Part shown: positions 54,977 through 64,000 of the stretch, piece after piece
Layout: each line of letters opens with the position of its first letter
How positions within the stretch are numbered: the first letter of the stretch is position 1
Origin: Phoronis australis
Lineage: Eukaryota > Animalia > Phoronida
Length of the DNA: 64,000 nt
Direction: 5' to 3'
Assembly (NCBI GenBank): GCA_002633005.1
Contig: NMRA01000935.1
Location: forward strand, 7,969-71,968
Made by a program: the position numbers and the translations under genes
Notes under the pieces: generated by a model
Database searches by the model: none
Seen by the model: only the letters and a program-made list of their open reading frames with translations
Told to the model about the DNA's origin: nothing

Positions 54977-57128
54977 CAGGCCCGTAGCCAGGGGGGCTCG
55001 GGGGTTCGATCGAACCCCCCCCCCGCGGAAAAGGTCCAGCCCCGACCTATCCGTTAAAGATGGAACATAGATAGACAACAACAACAAAATTGTTGCAGTT
55101 ACTGGTACTACTACCTACAATCATAAACTAAGTCACTAATAATTTTGAATTTAGTTCACATCGGGCCGTGCCAGGTCAACTTCGTCCGAATGATGTTTGA
55201 TGATAGGATCGTGCAGACGATTAGAGGATGCTTTATGTTATTCATCGGCATTGGTGGCTACAACATAGGGTAACACAAGAATCTAGAAGTTAATGGCTAT
55301 ACCTTAATAGGCTACCGTATATAGCAGCGAGAGAGCTCCCAAAAAGTAGTTCCGTGTGAAAGTTTTAAAATCGACCAAGAAACAAAATAGCAAAAAGTAG
55401 GTTTATCTGCTATTTTGATAGTGGCAGAGTACGGTAAAGTGCAGACATTTTCAAATTTCCGGCCACTTTGATTGTGGATTGGTGGATGACATGCATGCGT
55501 ATACACGTGTGTGCGTTTCCATTCTTTTAAACTCAGTACACGCCTATGATAATTAAATTCACTATAGGCAGTCCTCCGTCGTTGCTCAAAAATCAGACAT
55601 TTAACTACATGGGCGGCGCACAATAGGGGGTTGGAGGGCTATAGTCCCCACTTTTTTCAGTGCTATGCCGCCCCAACGAACATGTTCATATTATTAGGGA
55701 AAAGTAGGTCTAGACCTAATAAAAACTTGGGTCAATGAAGAAAATCTTTTCTTGTCAATCAGTGCCGATGGCGCTCGGCCTCGCAAGCGTCATACGAACA
55801 AAAAAACTTGATGAAAAAGATTTCCAAGGTTACATGTCACTATTCCGAATGTTTATCACTCCGAAAGTCCACTACTCCGAAGTAACTGCAAAGGTTCGCT
55901 ACCTTCGAAAGTTCACTCTACTTCGAATGTCCACAATTCGAAACCAAAACTCCGACAGTTCATTACTCTACCTTGTCTGCTAACGAGTCGGAACTGAAAT
56001 GAGAAAAGTATTGTATTTGTGCCCATTTAGTAACTATTTAAAGGGTGTACAAAAGTTGAATAGTTCTTAAAACATTGATTACATGGTTTACAAATGAGCT
56101 CAGTTCCAATCATTGCCAATCGTGAATCTTCAATCTAACGAACGACTCATTCAGTCTCAGGAACAGCATCAGGTCAGGACTTCAGCGACCAATAGCGGCG
56201 GTTTTAAATTTAAGACGACTGAATGGAACTCTCCGACTTCGTGAAGACTGGCAGGGACAGGGTAGCCTACTAACTACATTTAGTTTCGACCCGGCCATGC
56301 GCGTGGTTCCAATGGGTGAGTTTGAGGGGAAGCAGCCCTAAACTAGCTCAGTGCGAATGATGCGACCTTGCATGGATTTGATGAATGTATCGTGGTTGAT
56401 AATTCATCAATATTCCTACTTCTTAATCTTTTATTAATTCAAGTACATACTCATTTTCCGTATTCGACAGACATGAGAGCAATTTCCCATGCGCATGAAA
56501 TCCGGGCGTTGTTTGAGCATAGGTACACCACCTAGTGCATCTAATAACCGAAGTGTCGTTTATTTCTGCAAGTAAAAGGGGACGTCTAATACACCCAAGT
56601 CCAAAATTTTAGATCTTTTCTGAGTAGTGAACCTTCGGAATAATGAACCTTCAGAGAAGTGAACCTTTGGAATACTGGTCTGGTCCCATTTCCAGCGATG
56701 TAAGCAAGTTAAGTATCACGCAAAATACAACCAGATCAAAATATTCAAGTCGATCATGCTTCGATTAAATATTTCAGACCGATTATGTAATGAGATGTAA
56801 CTCATTTAAGCACGTCCGGTTTGAAAGTTTGGCAGGGGGTAATGCGGGGACATTCTCCTTCTGGACCACCTTACATCCGAATTTGGGTCCCGTTCTTTGT
56901 GAGCAACCGTCAGAGCATCCTCATTTCTGGTATTACGAATTCCGTTTGATCAGTTGGGAACATAAAGCTGAGAGTCGTCGTTGTGAATATAGATTTCCCT
57001 CCCCCTAGTGAAGCTGCGTCAAGGGCCGTACCGAAAACTCTACAGTGGCGACCTTTGCAAAATATCCGCAAAGGTCCACCGTTCCAGAAATTCGAACCAC
57101 ACCCTTCTCATTGCTGGCTACGGGCCTG
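54977..57128 (+). mobile_element. Full-length 2.15-kb non-autonomous hAT-like (hAT5-type) element
   Basis: Perfect 15-bp TIRs CAGGCCCGTAGCCAG / CTGGCTACGGGCCTG; 5-bp TSD TGGTC at 54972-54976 and 57129-57133. Confidence 0.85.
55828..56687. mobile_element. Foldback-type MITE nested in the hAT-like element
   Basis: Inverted arrays of ~17-bp units (CACTACTCCGAA.. / TTCGGAATAATGAACC); flanked by ATTTCCAA and ATTTCCAG. Confidence 0.65.
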
Positions 57129-57543
57129 TGGTCGGTAATCTCTGCTCATCATTTCCAAAATCGACAGTTTTGCAAGACAATTTTCACTATAATGTAAAGT
57201 TCGGGTAAGATATTTTTTGCTCAATCATCAAGATTAACTCTTTAGCTGTATGTTCAAAAAGTTACATAAAGCTAAAAGGTGCAATATGGTGGTAAGTGGG
57301 GCACAAAAACATCTGTGGATTATCGCCCCTGTCCATCACAAGCTGTCAAATTTGAATAAATGTCAAATAATTATACATGGTATACATTGATTATTTCAGC
57401 CACTAAAGCACGACTTTCAATTTATTTTAAGTTACTTATTTCCGTTGCTGAAAACGCGCAATTTTCGATAAGGCTAATATGTCTAGTGCTCCAGCGCCGA
57501 AATTAGGGGTCATTGAGTGCACTAAATGTGGCATTTAGATTTT

Positions 57544-58199
57544 TGTTAAGCTACCTATTCATATACAAAAAATGAAGTTGTTTTATATTTTGACGTATAG
57601 ACTGACTCTTGAAAATCTTCTGACTCTTAATTACGTAATCTCGATCGTACGTTCACATGTTTACTCAAACAAAACGTCCGACGCAATGTTTGTTCTATGC
57701 TCCAGCCAGTGCTTCGAAGCCTTGTCTCGTGATGAACTTCTGAGACATTTCCAGCAACTGTTACACTCGTTGATTCAATATCCTGCTGTCTCAATAGCTG
57801 GCTCCTGACTCTATTGACTAGCGCTGTAACTGCTGATTCTTTTCAGTGCAACTCAACTAGAACTTCAACTGACTAACTGACTTTCATCTTTAGCTAACCT
57901 CAATTAACACATGCCTGTGTATTTATAGTCTCTCACATTGTTCTGGAACTTTTCAGCAATTCAAGCACAGTCTAGAACTTTCCGGAATCTACCTACATGT
58001 ATTCATTCTCCAAACATGGTCTAGGCTCTAGAATTTTCCAGACTACTTCAATCACTAACATACTAGAATCTTCTAGAATGTTACCTACCGTACTATCGTA
58101 AATAAATTACATCATCAATGCATTGACCTTATGGGTCATGCCAACCAAGTGCTATCTGCTAGTGCACAAACAAAACAATAAAATAAAACTTATCTAACA
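57544..58199 (-). mobile_element. LTR-like segment (TGTTA...TAACA) with TATA box and heat-shock-element cluster
   Basis: 5-bp terminal inverted repeat; minus-strand TATAAATA at 57920-57927; nGAAn arrays just upstream of it. No TSD found. Confidence 0.55.
57941..58083. promoter_or_regulatory. Cluster of heat-shock elements (nGAAnnTTCnnGAAn)
   Basis: GAActTTCcgGAA (57975-57987) and GAAtcTTCtaGAA (58066-58078) are perfect triplets; partial sites at 57941 and 58031. Confidence 0.6.
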
Positions 58200-58799
58200 A
58201 AGAACAGTGTCAGTATACTCCAGGCACTTTGATATCCCTAAGAATATGCAGTTCATTCCAATTTCTGCACCCAAAATCACTCATTTTGACATATGAAAAA
58301 TTTGAAAACCCAAAATCGTATCGGTAAATGTTCTGTAACAAAAATTGTTTTATGAGGAAAGGCTGGTTTATGGCAGTTTCAGGTTCAAGGTCAAAAGTAG
58401 AGCTTGGGAGGCACAGAACAGTTCTTACAGGGGTTTGCCTATCAGTACACACGTCAATGGACTCTTCACCCTTTCTTCACTCTGTCAAAATCTACATGCA
58501 AATAAAGAAAAGTTATGAGTCATTCCACATCACAAGTCCTACGGATGATCACATCAACTTTATTCTCTCTTGTTTTTTTGACACTTTCACACCTCCTGAA
58601 AACCAGGCTAAACTAGGAAAAATAGGAATAAAAAAACGCAAAATCGACACTTTTCACCCCAAAACCACCACTTCCCTGCCAATGTTCGACTAAAGCCAAC
58701 ATTAGATTCCGAAGGCTAATTTCCTACTGATTCCAAAAATATAATCCAAACGTACTGTCAAACAGCTAGTTTTTTTGGAAATCTGGCAAGTTTTAACTG

Positions 58800-59400
58800 T
58801 ACTTGTCAGAAACCGTGCAACATCATTTGTCGCTGGCGAAATGACAGCGTAATTCCTAAAACGGCAGGCTCACAGTGTTTGTGGACCTGTTTCTAAGATC
58901 GAGGGTTGAGCTGGCCCCTCTGTCCTTGGGTGTTGGTTGCCGTTGCGTTGTTATTTAACCAATGTTAGTAGAATGCCGACTTGAGGGGTATGAGTATACA
59001 TCTCATCTATAATGAAACGCAAGACTTGGTCCATCCAGGCATATCAATTCTGGAGTGAATAGAATGATTTCAAATTGACTTACTTTATAAAAAGGCCTAG
59101 CATAACCTAGCACCTGAATGCAGTTGCCATCTTCCATTTGAATGGGGCGGGAGGTCCTCGATGACCTAAGACATTTTCATCAAGTAAATCCAGTTGAAAT
59201 GATTCAATTCACTCCTCACATCTCAACTATCTATCTTTGACTTTATTTAGGATGTCCCCAGTTTACAGTCCAGTTAAATTACTAAATACTTTTGAACTTC
59301 TCTCCTCAGTGGTATTACGAGTTTATAGCTGACGAAAGCTCGCTTAACTCTTCACACCATGGACATTAAGGCTTGAGTTCGGTTACCAGCAATTTTGGTA
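58800..59400 (-). pseudogene. Possible IS3EU-like transposase N-terminal relic
   Basis: Weak motifs LNHFNWIYLMKM and MDQVLRFIIDEMYTHTPQVG resemble the HTH region; highly decayed. Confidence 0.25.
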
Positions 59401-60479
59401 TGATATCTTAAGTATTTGTTTTTCAATTTGCGCACTTGTAGTCAAGGAATAAAGGCAAAAACCTAACTTTTGTTGGACGTCATCAGTAGAAATCCGTTCT
59501 CCGCGGTTGTGTTGTTCTACAACAGCCGTGGATATATGTGGTCTCGAAAAGAGTTCAATATTGCCCAAGATGAGTATTCTGAAAAGGTGCGTGTGGTGTG
59601 TAGAGATGCAACAATAGCAATGGGAGGAACAATATTTCAGTTTTAGTGTCACCAAAAGACCCTAACCTAGGGTGTCCGACATGGGTATGGCAGTACACGA
59701 CAGAGCAACCGATCAGTTCAGGGGCCACGCTGTGCCAGTTTTGAAGAATCGTGCTTCGAACCGTTACAGAAACTAAGAACTGATGAAAGTTTCTCCAGCG
59801 TGTAAATGTTTTTGATGGACAAAAGGGGTGTATTGTGTTGTACCCCTGCTGAAACCGTGGTTGTCAGCCAAATAAATTACCTCGACATCAAATTGTGACC
59901 GAAAAAATCCACGGATTGCGTTAAGAAAGTTTTCATCAGTCTATTCCTGTTCAACATTTTGTGGATATGCATGCTTTTCACGTATACGTAAATGACCAGT
60001 AGTGGAAAGTGGAAGGTAAGTGATAGGCAACTACATGTAGTTTGAGGTCACGTCTGCAAGCGAAACAAACGGGTTGGAGTCGAACATTGGTCCGAAATAA
60101 TGAATGAATTAAAACGGTACAAAGTTTTCATCAGTGTGGAGCAGACGAGACAGAAACGAGTTTCATTTACTAGAAATGAAATCCCTTAAGCATCACAATT
60201 ATTAGATATGATTGTTCCTGACAAACGCCTTTTGCATTGAAGAAACGGAATCAATGTGGCCTTTATTCGAGATTGGGCTTTGACTGTCGGGGCAAAAAAC
60301 TTCAACTATAAATATACGTGCATATTACTCGACCATACACTGGTTATAAAATTTAATCATAATTTAATAAAAGGCTATAATTACCAGTCTGTCGATTTTC
60401 TGTTTTACCTATTGCCTAGTGTCGTTTTCTCTCCCCATCCCCGTAACTTTCTTCCTAATACTGGTCAACCTCGCTCTCT

Positions 60480-60805
60480 AAATTTACAAAATAATCTTAC
60501 AGACGTCTTCCACTCTAGTGCAGCACGCCAATTCTTCCTTACTGACGTCATGAAGTTGGGTCACGTGGGTACTGTTGGGGAGTACGCAGACAAACGCTAT
60601 GTTTAATGCCATGCATTCTGCGATGTCATCCTTGCTCTGATGTGATGACAATTTGTCTGCCATCACAACTTTTCTTGCTGCGTTATTTTCCGCGCCCAAA
60701 GAATTGTGATATTACGAAACTAGTCTTGGAACGTTATAGCGTCGAACCACCCCAGTTTAGACCTGTTGTAGTAGGCTTTCTGTGGCCCACTCTCGAGGAA
60801 CTCTA
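60480..60805 (-). pseudogene. pogo/Fot1-type DDE_1 transposase fragment
   Basis: ESGPQKAYYNRSKLGWFDAITFQD*F, then KVVMADKLSSHQS...NIAFVCVLPNSTHVTQLHDV. Confidence 0.85.
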
Positions 60806-61004
60806 CCTAAAAGGATAAATCAAAAGCAAACAAAATGTAAGAAGCCTAGCCTACTTTGTCTGGTGCAGGAGTAGCAGCCTTCTCCAACTGTTTCGTCAAT
60901 GGCAGATTGGGGATTCCCGTGGATTTTGTTAAACCTGAAATTGCACTGGCGAGATCATTCCCTCCTGCGGAACACTTGGACTGAAGGTGGGTATATCTAA
61001 TTTT

Positions 61005-61527
61005 TATTGCAACAAATACCTTTTTAATCAAAATCCGTGTTCGGGATTCTAATTTATGTTCCTTTTGTGACAAAGCTCCAGAGACTCTGTTTCACCTTTT
61101 TTGGGAATGTCCCTTTGTACAAGATTTCTGGAAGGAATTTGAAAAGCTAATTCAAAAGTGTCGCATTCAGCTTCCCAACAGTTTCTCTTGGACTTTATGA
61201 GACGCGTTATTTTCTATCTAACATTTTGCTTCTAATAGCCAAACAGTGCATTTACAAGAAGAGATCTCACAAAAATGTAACTAATTTTCAGAGGTTTATT
61301 ACATGTAATGCTGAAAAATTAATTCCATATAAAATCTTTGTATATGACAGCTTTTCTGCGAAATGGTAAAATTTCATTGTTCACGTTAACTCCATGTAGA
61401 AGTTATTTACTTTATACGATATACGAGAATGTTCTTTCCTGAGGTGCGCATTCATGAATGAATGGATGTACTTATTTGTTTGTTTGTTTTTGTACTGTTT
61501 TATAAATGATAATAAATACCTGAAAAA
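61005..61527 (+). mobile_element. Tx1/L1 3' end (zf-RVT knuckle and 3' UTR)
   Basis: IATNTFLIKI...SNLCSFCDKAPETLFHLFWECPFVQDFW; ends AATAAA...AAAAA. Confidence 0.85.
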
Positions 61528-63694
61528 TTGCTTTATTTTGTCTTATTGTTCCTTCGTTGGCGGAGTTGCTCAGCATCCCTCAGGTCATCCTGGAAATATT
61601 TGAGATTGACATTCTCATGAACGTAATGTCGTGGCATACAGAAAAACAAATGAGTTGAAAGCATTAAAAAATAGAAAAAAACAAAAATCATCGGGGTGCA
61701 GTTGGCACCCCATGCCAAATTAACCCGGCGTACATGTACTTCCTAACTTCGGCTCGTTTTCGTAAAATAAGTGTGCCATCCATATTTTTAACGGGAATGC
61801 TAAATATCATACATGTGGCTGTAGCTACTATACGATCGATGAATGTGAGTTCTATCACAATTCAAAAATAGTTCTTTCCTGTCTCCAGATTATATCAACC
61901 ATACAGCAGTAATCAATCTTAAAATTTACACATTTTGGGGTTTGAAAAATCAAGGTATACTGACGTCAAACACTCCTAGCACACCACTTCAAAATGGCAA
62001 ATGAAATACAACTACTGCTCTTCGTCGCAAACTGTAAAACTTCGTTACAAAACACCAGGAGTCTGCTATTAGGGATTATAAGAAACACTTTTATTGATCA
62101 ACTCCCCCCCCCCCGCCAGCCAACTTCCCCCCATTTTACGGTAAGTTTTGTGACAGTTCATTCCAATAGCATGATTCTGTAAGGCCACAATGAGTTCGTT
62201 GACAGATTCTCCAGCCTTCTGCCGTCATGATCTGAATTCAAGTTTCCGAGTAATTTGGCTTTTCATAGGAACATAGTGATCTGACAGGACTTGAATTAAC
62301 TCACTATAAGTCATGGAGGGAACCAGCGAGGTGCGATCGTGGATTGTAAAACCCAACGTAACTGGCTAAGAGTTTAAACTAAATTACAAGCGTAATTTTA
62401 CGCCGTAAAGAATTAAATTACGCTCGTAATTTTACGGCGTAATTAACGGCGTAATGTACACAATTACGGTCGTGCTTTTCCGGCGACACTTCCCCCCCCC
62501 CCCAACGGTCCATCATAGGAAACAGGAGTGACTCCCTGGGGATAGGTAGCTTCGATGGACACCGACGTTGAGCGTTCTCACTTGTGGTGGAACGATACAC
62601 AATTTTTTTTGATTTCGATTTGATTCGATTCGATTCTTTTGAGGAGGAATTCGATTATTTTCGAATCGATTCTTGTTTCTACAAATGAATTCAACTAACG
62701 AAACGTCTTGAGCTGTTTGTTTGTCACAATAGCAATCTGCAAAAATGGAAGTAACTCGTAACTGTCGAGTCTCGTAGTCTCATTCTGCCGTACTCTCCAT
62801 TTCAGAAATTAGTTTCAACTTACTCGATAGATGTCGCTAGAAGTTTTCTAATGTTGACGCCGTCTCTTCGGCAACATTCCTTTTATTAGATTTGTTTAGG
62901 GATTTGCAGCCTTTGGCCGTGTTACAGAGGATAGTTTTAGTAGGTTGTTACCTAGTTATATATTCTATTCCGTTCATGTAGGTATTTCGCTCTAGTGCTC
63001 TCGTAATTTCTATACTGTAGGTTTGGTTACCGTCGTTTCCATCTGTAATTGGTATTTTGGTGACCTTTTTTCTGGACTCCTTATTGTGTTGAATTTTATT
63101 ACTAGATTCAGAGTATTTTTACAGTTTGTTTTAGATACGGGAATTCTCTGTATAATAGAGAGGTTTCGCAAAGCGACGTGAACATGAATTGTGGCGCATA
63201 CGAAATTGCGCATGCTGGTTCACGTTACAGTAACAAAGTTGGTTTCGCAACAGCTAAATTTTGACGCTAACGTGAAAGTAAAAGTGAATTGAAGAACTGA
63301 GCTCAGGGTGTTCAGCTATCATAGTACAAATCCGCAAGATAGAAATATATGTTGAATGTGAAAAAGTCGTTTCTACGAACTCCCGCAAAATGGTCAACTC
63401 TTAGAATGCGAAACTTATTTGGAGATTAAGATAAATAGGCCCAGTTGCATGTAAATTAAGCATGTAAAATTTTAAAAACAAAATCATGTCTTTTAAAAAT
63501 CCATTTTAGTTCGATGATATCCCGGCAGAATTAGGATTTTGGAAAAGTGCTTTCTTGCAACTAAACTTTATTAAAGGCGAAGACAGCCTTTTTTCATGTC
63601 ATTTTGAGATAAAATAAGGTTGGTTGGTTATCCTAGACATATTTTCCACTTAATTACAGCTTTTCGCGATTTTGTTGATTACTCGTCCGCTACT

Positions 63695-63707
63695 CCGGAA
63701 GTGACGT
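63695..63707 (+). promoter_or_regulatory. Composite ETS/CRE motif CCGGAAGTGACGT
   Basis: Exact motif ~135 bp upstream of the THAP ATG. Confidence 0.5.
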
Positions 63708-63839
63708 TTTAGGAGGCAAGCATTTCGCGCCAATTTCTTTTCATATAGTCTGACTGTGAGAGCTGCCGAGTCAGTCATTGTTCTACCTCGGTTGTGTTAA
63801 GTTCCGTCCTCGTTTGCTTTCATTTACTAGTCAGTCAAC

Positions 63840-64000
63840 ATGCCACACTGTTGCTGCGTACCGGGATGTACTAATTATCGTCTCACGCGCGCTTTGGGAG
63901 AACCTTTGCATCGCTTTCCGATGGATGACACACTTCGCCGTACTTGGCTCGTTCGTGTGAAGAACGCAGCGTTACCCGTCCACGCAACGTACAAAGCAGT
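63840..64000 (+). CDS. THAP-domain protein N-terminus (probably a transposase), runs off the window
   Basis: MPHCCCVPGCTNYRLTRALGEPLHRFPMDDTLRRTWLVRVKNAALPVHATYKA: C-x-VPGC, HRFP and R..W motifs, no stop. Not in the ORF track. Confidence 0.85.
   Translation, partial: MPHCCCVPGCTNYRLTRALGEPLHRFPMDDTLRRTWLVRVKNAALPVHATYKA

Larger units (their letters stand above)
63575..64000 (+). mobile_element. Left end of a Kolobok-like DNA transposon
   Basis: TTAA|AGGCGAAGACAGCC terminus followed by a promoter motif and a THAP ORF. Confidence 0.6.

Noticed and set aside
58210-58452. Kinase-like VKMSDFG in a minus-strand ORF
   Set aside because: No HRD or other kinase motifs and no clear exon boundaries; likely chance.
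62390-62680. TTTTACGGCGTAA and GATTC short repeats
   Set aside because: They resemble subterminal repeats of decayed MITEs, but boundaries could not be defined.

Overview
This window is AT-rich eukaryotic DNA, most likely from a marine invertebrate (inferred from the transposon families present), and consists almost entirely of decayed transposons. I found no intact host gene, rRNA, true tRNA or CRISPR array. In order it contains: a decayed BEL/Pao LTR element (0.7-4.3 kb); an 11.5-kb array of non-autonomous Helentron/HINE-type elements with ~430-bp internal subrepeats (4.3-15.8 kb); a ~2-kb hAT-like element with a 5-bp TSD in four full or partial copies; and relics of Gypsy, RTE, Tx1/L1, HERO, pogo and Kolobok/THAP elements. 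An LTR-like segment carries heat-shock elements, and an apparently intact THAP ORF runs off the right end. Two signals stand out. (1) The Helentron array looks like a self-targeting 'Russian-doll' nest: a stack of 5' heads followed by headless bodies. (2) TACATGTA is strongly enriched, and paralog comparisons show it as +6-bp expansions of TA sites, matching Tc1/mariner excision footprints. All counts, alignments and translations beyond the ORF track were done by eye, and boundaries are approximate.
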